DNA from: a virus
Direction: 5' to 3' (one strand)
DNA: 64,000 nucleotides
IMG/VR virus record: IMGVR_UViG_3300027586_000004
Span: 30,844 to 94,843 of that record
Shown here: one piece after another, positions 50,690 to 59,548 of the stretch
Layout: every line of letters begins with the position of its first letter
How positions within the stretch are numbered: position 1 is the first letter of the stretch
The notes under the pieces: generated by a model
The model's input: the letters and a program-made list of their open reading frames with translations, nothing else
What the model was told of the DNA's origin: nothing
Databases searched by the model: none
Made by a program: the position numbers and the translations under genes

Positions 50690-51496
50690 ATGGAATTTAG
50701 GGACTTCATTATCAACGAGTATGAGAGAAAACTCGCCAAGGCGTACGCGGACATCCTCAGGGACGTACCCCAGAGTCCTGAACACCACCCCGAGGGATCC
50801 GTTCTCAATCATGTCAGACTCGTAAGGAAGGCGATATCCGCCGCAATAGAGGAACTGAAGAGCCTGAAGTCGGATGCCGTCCTTGGGGATGTACTCGCCA
50901 ACCTTGATTTCAACATGAACTCCGAGGAGATAAAAATACTCAACACCGCCGCGTGGCTGCACGACATAGGCAAGTTCAGTTCCACCACCATAGATGGAAT
51001 TCATTTCAACTCCGCTCCCAACAAGAGCGGAAAGATACAGGCCATAGGCCACGAGACTCCATCGCACTACCAACCCCAACTGGACAAACTTTCCGGTCTG
51101 GCTCCGAAGGAATTAGTGGACTTCTATGAAACGCACAAGGAAACAATCAATTTCCTCATCGAACGCCACATGGATTTTGCTCACGGAGGCTTCGGCAAGC
51201 GAGTCGTCGCCAACTACTTTGACAATGGCAGGATCAAGAACGACAGGAATATGAGGCTCCTTCTTGTTCTAATGTGGGCCGACAAGATGGGTCGGGGAAC
51301 GGTGGCTGACCTCGCGGACAACATATTGAAGCTAAGGACGGCGTCCGAAAAGAGCAGGCAGAACCACACCAATCTTTCAAAGCAATTCAAGCCGTTCCAG
51401 GGCGGAGAGGACGACCTCAGGGCCATGCTCAGACAGAGGGGATTGTCCGAAAAGGACATAGAGGCGGCCGTCACTTCCAAATTTGGATTCCGATAG
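50690..51496 (+). CDS. HD-domain phosphohydrolase with capsid-targeting-like N-terminus
   Basis: MEFRDFIINE; Q..EHHPEG.V..H, LHDIGK, GHE, HM, AD..GR. Confidence 0.8.
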   Translation: MEFRDFIINEYERKLAKAYADILRDVPQSPEHHPEGSVLNHVRLVRKAISAAIEELKSLKSDAVLGDVLANLDFNMNSEEIKILNTAAWLHDIGKFSSTTIDGIHFNSAPNKSGKIQAIGHETPSHYQPQLDKLSGLAPKELVDFYETHKETINFLIERHMDFAHGGFGKRVVANYFDNGRIKNDRNMRLLLVLMWADKMGRGTVADLADNILKLRTASEKSRQNHTNLSKQFKPFQGGEDDLRAMLRQRGLSEKDIEAAVTSKFGFR

Positions 51497-51509
51497 CTCT
51501 TTGAGGTTG

Positions 51510-52556
51510 ATGACCAAGACACCCCTCTACGTATTCCAGTGGATATCCGACCTCGGCGGAGCGGACACGAGGCTCAAGGAGCTTCTGATCCTTCTGAAGG
51601 ACGACTTCAAAATAACCTGCATTCCGAACGACGAGTTCAGGCTCAAGGAAAAGCACAATACTGACTTCCTTGACTTCCACGGAATCAAATACTGCATGCC
51701 CTCCTCTCTTCCCGCTAAGCTGAAGGGTTTCGCCTACGCGAATTGCAACTTCCGCCTCTTTGACGAGGTCGATCGAATAGACTTCATCCACGGATCGGGT
51801 CTGAAATTACTATGGTCTAATGACATGATGTGGACCACCGCCAACGAGCTGGCGGGCATATCAAGGAAGCAGGTGGACTGCTGCCTCTTCACCTCGCCCT
51901 TCCACATGGAGGCCATCGCCCCTAGCATATTCAAGGCCAGACCCGATCAGAAGGCGGCCATAATGGACAACTACTTTGACAGCTCCACATGGGAGTACGT
52001 AGACAGGCCAACAAGAGAGAATGTAGTATGCGGCAAGCACAGCAGGAACGACACCATGAAGTTCTCCGAGAACTTTCCCGTCTTCTACGAGTCGGCGACC
52101 AACGGGCTGCCAGTTTCCTACCGTGTGATGGGATGGAGCAATGACCTCGCCAAGAAGTACTCGTGGTTCAGATTCTCGGATAGGTGGGAACTCCTCAACA
52201 CCAATCAGGAACCGACACAGAAATATTTGTCGTCCATAGACTTGTTTTTATACAACTGCAACCACAGGTTCATAGAAAACCAGAGCAGGTCCGTTATAGA
52301 GGCTCAGCTCACCGGATGTCCGATAGTGGCTCCCGGCAAGTGGAATTTCCCCAACATGGTATGGGACAAAAGAACCGGCTTCCTATGGGAGGATCTGGAG
52401 GAGTTGAAGGATGTGATGAAGGATCTCATGAACGCCGAGTTTAGAAGGAAGGTCGGCCGTCTCGCGAGTCATATAACGCGGGAGATATGGTGCGACAAGG
52501 AGTCTGCCAAGAGGAAGTTGAACGCGGTTCTAAATTATGTCGGAGGTGGCAATTGA
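51510..52556 (+). CDS. GT-B (GT4-like) glycosyltransferase
   Basis: GGAD, ENQSRSVIEA...G.P, TGFL. Confidence 0.82.
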   Translation: MTKTPLYVFQWISDLGGADTRLKELLILLKDDFKITCIPNDEFRLKEKHNTDFLDFHGIKYCMPSSLPAKLKGFAYANCNFRLFDEVDRIDFIHGSGLKLLWSNDMMWTTANELAGISRKQVDCCLFTSPFHMEAIAPSIFKARPDQKAAIMDNYFDSSTWEYVDRPTRENVVCGKHSRNDTMKFSENFPVFYESATNGLPVSYRVMGWSNDLAKKYSWFRFSDRWELLNTNQEPTQKYLSSIDLFLYNCNHRFIENQSRSVIEAQLTGCPIVAPGKWNFPNMVWDKRTGFLWEDLEELKDVMKDLMNAEFRRKVGRLASHITREIWCDKESAKRKLNAVLNYVGGGN

Positions 52557-53389
52557 AGACTCTCATATGGTCGGTAGCGTGGGGCGACTACAGATATATG
52601 CTCCAATCCCTGATGAGTTCAATAAGGAATGTTGGCCTGACGCACGACATTATCACCTTTACAGACCAGCCCCTAACGGGCGTGATATCGTGCAAGGCCG
52701 ACGAAGGGATAGAGCTGGATTTCAAGCAGTACTGGAAGTTTAACTATTTGAAAAAACTGAAGGAGCTGGACTACGACCTCTTCGTCTTCATAGACAGCGA
52801 CCATTACTTCGTCAGGAAGCCGGAGAAGGACTTCTCCGAAATCATAGGGGGGGACTTGTGGCACTCGTTTCTTGAGTCGCCGATCAACTCACCGAGAACC
52901 AAAAGGGGAGACTGGTGGGGTGTTCCCAACGGAGCCATGGCTCAACTGTACAGGGATTTCGGCGTCAACCAGGGCGAGGTCTACAGCACTAACGGAGGAT
53001 TCTGGATGTGCAAAAAGGAGTTCATAGACCATGCGGCCGACACGGGATTTCTTTTCCGCGACTTTCAGAAGGGCAAAGGTCTTGATCTGCCAGAGGAGGT
53101 GGCGATTTCGGTTCTGTCGCACCTTTTCAGCACGGAATACGAGAACAGGTTCCATTACCGATATATGGACATCTGGGCGAGCGAGTGGACGGGAGTCATG
53201 AAGGACAAGGTTCCTGATGGATCGTTCTGGGACTTCCAGGAATACATGACGATGGAGACAAAGAATGTAAACCCCGCGATAGTCCATGCCATGAGAAGCA
53301 AGAATGCGCTTGTAGAACTCGGGAAGAAGATATTGGAGGACGCCACCCCGCCAGAATTTGTGCCGTGGGAGAACGCATTCAGAGCCTGA
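52553..53389 (+). CDS. Putative GT-A glycosyltransferase
   Basis: TTG start after GGAGG; FIDSD, NGGF. Confidence 0.65.
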   Translation: MKTLIWSVAWGDYRYMLQSLMSSIRNVGLTHDIITFTDQPLTGVISCKADEGIELDFKQYWKFNYLKKLKELDYDLFVFIDSDHYFVRKPEKDFSEIIGGDLWHSFLESPINSPRTKRGDWWGVPNGAMAQLYRDFGVNQGEVYSTNGGFWMCKKEFIDHAADTGFLFRDFQKGKGLDLPEEVAISVLSHLFSTEYENRFHYRYMDIWASEWTGVMKDKVPDGSFWDFQEYMTMETKNVNPAIVHAMRSKNALVELGKKILEDATPPEFVPWENAFRA

Positions 53390-53485
53390 ATGTCATTCTG
53401 AGTCAAAATTGGAATTGACGCGTGCGCGTACAGATGCGAGCCATAAGGGGTTGTGCGGTTTGCTGCATTTTGCTAGATTACATTA

Positions 53486-54130
53486 ATGAAAGCAGAACTG
53501 TTGAATCATTTCGGAGATGACCTCATGGTGGTCAATGCCGCGAGAGTCAGTTATGGGAAGAGCAAGGGGTCGCTTGACGAAAAGGACGCGAGACTGATCA
53601 GATTTCTTGTTGATCACGGCCACACCTCTCCCTTCCGCCACCCGCAACTTCAGTTCAGGGTTGAGTGTCCCATATTCGTAGAAAGACAGCTCTTCAAGCA
53701 CCAGGTTGGCTTGACAGCCAACAGCATAAGCGGCAGGTATGTGGACTTCTCGGACGAGTACTGGCTTCCGGAGCAGCTCAGGATGCAGGCAAAGGACAGC
53801 AAACAGGGAAGTGCCGGCGACCTTGACGCAACGGACAACATGCACTTTCTTACAAGAATGAATTGCCTCATATCCCAGTGCAAGGAACTCTACGAGGATA
53901 TGGTCACGGTGGGGATTGCGAAGGAGCAGTGCCGCATAATCCTCCCCCTTTGCCTTGAGACGCAGTTCATATGGACTGGCTCAATCGCGGCCTTCATGCA
54001 TCTGTTTAAGCTTCGTCTTAAGCAGGACTCACAGAAGGAGACCAGGGATGTCGCCTTGATGATGCTGGCGGCCATAAAAAACATACCCGAAAGTCCTTTC
54101 AGGATGACCATGGAGGCATTCGGGCTTTGA
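53486..54130 (+). CDS. thyX: Flavin-dependent thymidylate synthase
   Basis: VNAARVS, H.SPF, RQLFKH, S.RY, R..LP. Confidence 0.95.
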   Translation: MKAELLNHFGDDLMVVNAARVSYGKSKGSLDEKDARLIRFLVDHGHTSPFRHPQLQFRVECPIFVERQLFKHQVGLTANSISGRYVDFSDEYWLPEQLRMQAKDSKQGSAGDLDATDNMHFLTRMNCLISQCKELYEDMVTVGIAKEQCRIILPLCLETQFIWTGSIAAFMHLFKLRLKQDSQKETRDVALMMLAAIKNIPESPFRMTMEAFGL

Positions 54131-55482
54131 ACGAACTTCTGCAACGCATGCATGACTTTAGGCCGCGTGTCGCCGTCTGTGGCGACGCAATGGTCGACGA
54201 GTATTATGAAGTCAAGGCGGACAAGGTAAGCCCCGAGTTTCCCATCCCGGTTCTGCGCTCAACCACGGGGGAACCCACCGGGGTCGTCCTCGGCGGCGCC
54301 GCAAATGTCTGTGCCCAGTTTGAGCACTTCAACTTTGACGTGAGCCTCTTTGCCCTCACCAACGAAAGGGTCAAGTTGATGGGCGAGCGGAATGGGATCA
54401 ATATGGACGGCTGCATTTTTTCCAGCTCCGTACCAGTGAAGAAAAGGTACTACAGCGAAGGTTTTCCGCTCTGCAGAATAGACGAGGAGGCGATGGGCTA
54501 CCGGCTTGATTCCTCCCAACTCCGTAAATTACAAGATAAGATACTGGGCGACCTCTTTTCGGGAGCTCACGACGTCGTCGTTTTCTCCGACTACGACAAG
54601 GGCATTTTTTCGGGGCTGTCCGATTTCATTTCCCGAGCGGGTGACGCGATCACCATAGTAGACCCCAAGTGTGGCCCTTTGGATCGTTGGAGGGGATGCA
54701 CCATATTCAAGCCCAACGCCAAGGAGGCCCGCGACATGACTGGCCTCGAGGATTCTAAAGAACAGTGTGAATTCCTTACGGAGCAGCTCGGATGTCAGGC
54801 CGTGGTCATCACTCAAGGAGGCGATGCTGTGGTCGGCAGCGTGCAGGGGGTTCCCTTTGAGTACCGACCCAAGTCATCTGCGATCCCAAGGTCTGTGGTG
54901 GGCGCCGGCGACTGCTTTGTGGCATTCCTCGCCATGTGCATGTGCCACTCCATAGATATCAGGAGGGCGGTTACCATAGCGTTTGAGGCCTGCTCCCTAT
55001 ATGTCCAGGAACCCTACAACAGACCGATCCATCCATACCAGATAGAGCCTTCCAAATTCGTCGACCCCAGGAACCTCATCGGACGCGACTTCTCACTGGC
55101 GTTCGCGAACGGATTTTGGGACATTCTCCACCCAGGCCATGTGGAACTGCTAAAATTCGCAAGATCAAAGGCCGACCGCCTCGCCGTGGCTCTGAACTCA
55201 GACGAGAGCGCCCGCAGGCAGGGCAAGTCCCACCCGCTCATCAACGACCTGACCTACCGCAAATCCATGATCGCCTCGCTGGGATGCGTTGATTTTGTAT
55301 TGGATTTCAGCGAGGACACTCCCTACGAACTGATAAAAAAGATCAGGCCAGATGTGTTGGTGAAAGGTTCCGACTGGACGAATCCTGTGGGTTCCGACCT
55401 CGTTCCAGAAGTCCACTCTTTCGGTCTTGTCGGCGGCCATTCAACGACCAAAATAATAGATAAAATTAGGTCGGACAACTAG
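54127..55482 (+). CDS. hldE: Bifunctional heptose-7-phosphate kinase / heptose-1-phosphate adenylyltransferase
   Basis: SPEFPIPV, GGAANV, SDYDKG, VDPK, GAGD; NG..DILHPGH, LNSD.S, VKG.D, STT. Confidence 0.92.
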   Translation: MNELLQRMHDFRPRVAVCGDAMVDEYYEVKADKVSPEFPIPVLRSTTGEPTGVVLGGAANVCAQFEHFNFDVSLFALTNERVKLMGERNGINMDGCIFSSSVPVKKRYYSEGFPLCRIDEEAMGYRLDSSQLRKLQDKILGDLFSGAHDVVVFSDYDKGIFSGLSDFISRAGDAITIVDPKCGPLDRWRGCTIFKPNAKEARDMTGLEDSKEQCEFLTEQLGCQAVVITQGGDAVVGSVQGVPFEYRPKSSAIPRSVVGAGDCFVAFLAMCMCHSIDIRRAVTIAFEACSLYVQEPYNRPIHPYQIEPSKFVDPRNLIGRDFSLAFANGFWDILHPGHVELLKFARSKADRLAVALNSDESARRQGKSHPLINDLTYRKSMIASLGCVDFVLDFSEDTPYELIKKIRPDVLVKGSDWTNPVGSDLVPEVHSFGLVGGHSTTKIIDKIRSDN

Positions 55483-55656
55483 ATTTGTACATTTCGCGCT
55501 GATGCGCGTGTGGTGCCGAAGGTGATGAAGACGATCGGCACCCGCGTTATGTCGCCAGGCTCGGCATCCAGCTTCCCATGCGATCAAGTTTAAAATACTA
55601 GAAAACACATACATACTGATGTGCAAAAAATTCAAATAATATAAGGGAAGTTCTTT

Positions 55657-57789
55657 ATGCCAAAATACGAATTGGAATTAAGTCCAACAAATACGCCAAC
55701 CGAGGGCGGGGAAGGATCACTTGACACATCTTTGCTAAATGGCAGTTCAATTCAGAGAACTGGTTATATTACAATTATAAATGAAGATGGAAGCACCAAA
55801 ACCCTAAACCTTAAAGATGGAGCCAATTTTGATTCAACAACACAAGGATTTGTTGATATTCCTCAGATAATTATTCTTGTTTCTTCTGATGCTTCGCCCA
55901 CACCCACGCCCACCTTGACCTTAACATCAACGCCCACACCCACGCCCACCTTGACCTTAACATCAACGCCCACACCCACACCCACGCCAACTCAAACGCC
56001 TCCTGCTCCTGCATTCGCAGCAACTGTAGAGATTGCGGCGGAAAATTTTACTTTAACAATGCCATATTGGTCCGAAGGAACTTATTCTGGAACTATCAAT
56101 TGGGGAGATGGAACCACATCAGATAACGAAATAGGAGCAGATCACACCTATGCTACCGCTGGTACTTACTCCATCACAATTGGCGGAGGGATAACTGGTT
56201 GGTTTACCTATGACAACGGAGAGGTTGATGTTAACGGAAATATTCATGAAGTGCTTATTTCAATAGATGCTTTTGGATCGAATTTTGACTTCGGAACTTA
56301 TGCTGCACAAACCAATGGTAGTCTTTTTGATGGCTGTTTGTTGTTAGAATCAATAGCAACAGACATTCCAACTGAAAATGTTACAACTATGAGTGGTATG
56401 TTCTATGAGTGTACTGTATTCAATCAACCGTTATCTTTCGACACTTCAAGTGTTACAGATATGAGTTATATGTTCTATTACTGTGAGAACTTCAATCAAC
56501 CGTTATCTTTTGACACTTCAAATGTTACAGATATGCAAGGAATGTTTGAAGAGTGTAATACCTTTAATCAACCGTTATCTTCTTTCGACACTTCAAGTGT
56601 TACAAATATGAGTGATATGTTCTATGTCGCTTTGAACTTCAATCAAGATTTATCTAATTTCGATACTTCAAATGTTACAGATATGAGTTCAATGTTCGCT
56701 ATCAGTAGCTTCAATCAAGATTTATCTGCTTTCGACACTTCAAGTGTTACAGATATGAATGGTATGTTCACAAACTGTTCTACATTCAATCAAGATTTAT
56801 CTACTTTTGACACTTCAAGTGTTACAAATATGAGTGATATGTTCCAAGGATGTTCTTTATTCAATCAAGATTTATCTACTTTTGACACTTCAAGCGTTAC
56901 AAATATGGAAGAAATGTTTCGTGGATGTTTACTCTTAGCTCAACCGGTATCTTTCGACACTTCAAGTGTTACAAATATGAAGGGTATGTTCTATGACATT
57001 CCTTTATTCAATCAACCATTATCTTTTGACACTTCAAGTGTTACAGAGATGACTTCAATGTTTGATAACTGTCCTTCATTCAATCAAGATTTATCTTCTT
57101 TTGACACTTCAAATGTTACAGATATGGGATATATGTTCTTTAACTGTTCTACATTCAATCAAGATTTAAGTGGTTGGTGTGTTAATCTTATACAATCAGA
57201 GCCAGTAGGGTTTTCAGTCCAAACAAATGCTTGGGTTTTGCCAAAGCCAATTTGGGGTAACTGTCCAGCCGACTACACCTACACGACCAGTAATAGCGAG
57301 ATCACCATTACCGGATACGCCGGAGCTGGAGGGGCGATCACCATCCCCTCGACTATTGGTGGTCTTCCCGTCGTTGCGATTGGGAACGGTGCGTTCTACG
57401 GCCGCACCGGCCTCACCAGCGTGACGATCCCAAGCAGCGTCACCAGTATTGGGAGCAGTGCGTTCTTTGGCTGCACCGGCCTCACCAGCGTGACGATCCC
57501 AAGCAGCGTCACCAGTATTGGGAACAATGCGTTCCGCGACTGCACCGGCCTAACCAGCGTGACGATTTCAAACGGCGTCACCAGTATTGGAGACGGTGCG
57601 TTCTTCAACTGCAGAGGCCTAACCAGCGTGACGATCCCAAGCAGCGTCACCAGTATTGGGGATAGTACGTTCTACGATTCTGGATTAACAACTGTAACTA
57701 TAGCAAATAACCAATTATCAGGTATAGCATCGCCCGCTGCAGGCGTTGACTTTTTTGGAGTAACTGTTACCACTCAGCTTCCTTTTTAA
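55657..57789 (+). CDS. BspA-type surface/adhesin protein: Pro/Thr linker, PKD-like domain, DUF285 repeats, LRR_5 repeats
   Basis: INWGDG; about a dozen FNQ.L..FDTS.VT.M..MF repeats; C-terminal LTSVTIPSSVTSIG..AF repeats. Confidence 0.9.
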   Translation: MPKYELELSPTNTPTEGGEGSLDTSLLNGSSIQRTGYITIINEDGSTKTLNLKDGANFDSTTQGFVDIPQIIILVSSDASPTPTPTLTLTSTPTPTPTLTLTSTPTPTPTPTQTPPAPAFAATVEIAAENFTLTMPYWSEGTYSGTINWGDGTTSDNEIGADHTYATAGTYSITIGGGITGWFTYDNGEVDVNGNIHEVLISIDAFGSNFDFGTYAAQTNGSLFDGCLLLESIATDIPTENVTTMSGMFYECTVFNQPLSFDTSSVTDMSYMFYYCENFNQPLSFDTSNVTDMQGMFEECNTFNQPLSSFDTSSVTNMSDMFYVALNFNQDLSNFDTSNVTDMSSMFAISSFNQDLSAFDTSSVTDMNGMFTNCSTFNQDLSTFDTSSVTNMSDMFQGCSLFNQDLSTFDTSSVTNMEEMFRGCLLLAQPVSFDTSSVTNMKGMFYDIPLFNQPLSFDTSSVTEMTSMFDNCPSFNQDLSSFDTSNVTDMGYMFFNCSTFNQDLSGWCVNLIQSEPVGFSVQTNAWVLPKPIWGNCPADYTYTTSNSEITITGYAGAGGAITIPSTIGGLPVVAIGNGAFYGRTGLTSVTIPSSVTSIGSSAFFGCTGLTSVTIPSSVTSIGNNAFRDCTGLTSVTISNGVTSIGDGAFFNCRGLTSVTIPSSVTSIGDSTFYDSGLTTVTIANNQLSGIASPAAGVDFFGVTVTTQLPF

Positions 57790-57942
57790 ATGAGTTCTTA
57801 CGGCGATGTTTAACTCTTTGGAGAAGGGTGAATTCTGGCGACGAGGATATGAATATGCTGGGAAAAAGTATAGATAGGGCATGGAGAAATTTATGAAAAA
57901 AAACCCGCCGGCACTTGAATATTGGAATCCGGAGACTCAAAA

Positions 57943-58233
57943 ATGAAATTTACCGAATGGATGAAACTGAAGGAACAGGTGATCGGCACGGCTGCCGCGG
58001 GAGCTTCCGGTCTTGTCAGCAAGATGCCTGGAATGTCGGGATTTGACAAGACCAAGAAGAGAATAGATTCTACGATTAAGGGTCTTTTTCTCAAAGGAGA
58101 CACCAAGCAGGCAACCAAGAAGGTTGACACGATCATAAACGGCGAGATCAACAACGCGGCCACCGGCCTAGAGGACGCAGCCAAGCTCGCCGGCATGAGA
58201 GATTCAATAAAGAAGAATCTTTCTTCGCTATGA
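57943..58233 (+). CDS. Small protein with capsid-targeting-like N-terminus
   Basis: GGAG RBS before MKFTEWMKLKE. Confidence 0.7.
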   Translation: MKFTEWMKLKEQVIGTAAAGASGLVSKMPGMSGFDKTKKRIDSTIKGLFLKGDTKQATKKVDTIINGEINNAATGLEDAAKLAGMRDSIKKNLSSL

Positions 58234-58415
58234 GTTTCCGCGAATGGCTTTTGAGCGAGGGCGGCAAGGGTTCCGGGACCAAGTTTACGTCCACCGGTCT
58301 AAATGCAGGAGGCCAGGCTCAAAGCGGAATGACATTCAGGATGTCCGTAAAACCTGCAAAGCCTTTTGTTCCCCGCATAAAAACTAAAATAAGGCCGTGG
58401 AAGAGCTCTATTTGA
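58230..58415 (+). CDS. Small protein with capsid-targeting-like N-terminus
   Basis: MSFREWLLSE; ATGA-coupled. Confidence 0.65.
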   Translation: MSFREWLLSEGGKGSGTKFTSTGLNAGGQAQSGMTFRMSVKPAKPFVPRIKTKIRPWKSSI

Positions 58416-58418
58416 TAT

Positions 58419-58877
58419 GTGAGCGATTTGTCTAACATAACAATAGTCTGCGAGTGCCTTCCATATCACGACTGGATGTCCTTTGCCTCATGGTACTCGC
58501 TGAACAAGAGGCTGCCGGACTCCAAGGTTTCGCTGGAATGCAGGCACTGCCATCTTTTTTCATGGGCGAGGAGGCTCGGGGTTCCCGTCAAGTCCCCGGC
58601 TCCAGGCTTCAGGATCGCCCCCACTGTCATTGCCGCGAGGGACTTTGACGGGGACTTTTCCACATCCTCGTCCAAGAGCGATGTCCAGACCTGTTTCGTT
58701 GATTATTCGGAGGGATGCGGCAATTTTGTTGTTGGCGACTGGATAAATAACGGCAAGGTTCCGTTCCTCAACGCAGTCAAGAGGTTTGGAACCGGCAGCT
58801 TGACCGTCAATGAGATGGCCATCCTGAATGTCTGGGAGCAGTGTCATAATCTTTATTTGCATGCGGGGGGCCAATGA
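58419..58877 (+). CDS. Hypothetical protein
   Basis: Operon-coupled ORF. Confidence 0.6.
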   Translation: MSDLSNITIVCECLPYHDWMSFASWYSLNKRLPDSKVSLECRHCHLFSWARRLGVPVKSPAPGFRIAPTVIAARDFDGDFSTSSSKSDVQTCFVDYSEGCGNFVVGDWINNGKVPFLNAVKRFGTGSLTVNEMAILNVWEQCHNLYLHAGGQ

Positions 58878-59140
58878 AAAGGTTCTATTTCGGCAACGAC
58901 GAGGGTGACGACGAGGACGAGGAAGACCTAGAAGACCCCCGGTTCATGATGCCCGACCCATCGGAGTTCATCTCCATGGCCAAGTTTGACAATCCCGATG
59001 AACACCTTCTTGAATGTGCCATGAGGATTTGCGAAAAGAGCTTTTTATGGATGTTTTTCGGCGTTGAAAGGAAGACTTCCATGGTCGGCAAGGTGTTTCT
59101 TGATCTTAAAAAACTAACGGAAGGAATGGACGATGCCTAG
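58874..59140 (+). CDS. Hypothetical acidic protein
   Basis: ATGA-coupled. Confidence 0.6.
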   Translation: MKRFYFGNDEGDDEDEEDLEDPRFMMPDPSEFISMAKFDNPDEHLLECAMRICEKSFLWMFFGVERKTSMVGKVFLDLKKLTEGMDDA

Positions 59141-59483
59141 GTATGAAATGCAGTGTTCGAAGTGTGAGGAAGTATATGATGTGTGGTGCAAGATCGCCGA
59201 AAAGGACGAATCCGTAGGCAAAGCCAAGTGCCCATCGTGCAAGTCCAAGAAGAAAGAGGAGATATTCGGATGTCCCTCTGTAAAGTTCGCCAATCCTGTT
59301 GGAACCGACCGCTGGAACAGCGAATCTAAGGGGCATGACTACAGGTTCAAGTTCAACATGGACAAGCCCGGCGGCACGCGGGATCAGAGATCGGCGGCGG
59401 CCAGGGCATCCAAGGTCGGCCCCGACCCCTACAGAAAGATAGACGACATATCGGGAGGTAAGCATTTTGGCGAAGTGAAATGA
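59133..59483 (+). CDS. FmdB-family zinc-ribbon protein
   Basis: MPRYEMQCSKC...CPSC. Confidence 0.85.
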   Translation: MPRYEMQCSKCEEVYDVWCKIAEKDESVGKAKCPSCKSKKKEEIFGCPSVKFANPVGTDRWNSESKGHDYRFKFNMDKPGGTRDQRSAAARASKVGPDPYRKIDDISGGKHFGEVK

Positions 59484-59548
59484 GCTTGATTTTTGTTTTA
59501 AAATATGCCATACTAGTCTAAAAGGGTCACCATGGAAAGGAACCTGAC

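Noticed and set aside
56380-57170. Regularly spaced near-identical repeats resembling a CRISPR array or DGR
   Set aside because: They are in-frame DUF285 protein repeats; no cas or reverse transcriptase gene and no adenine-specific variation noticed
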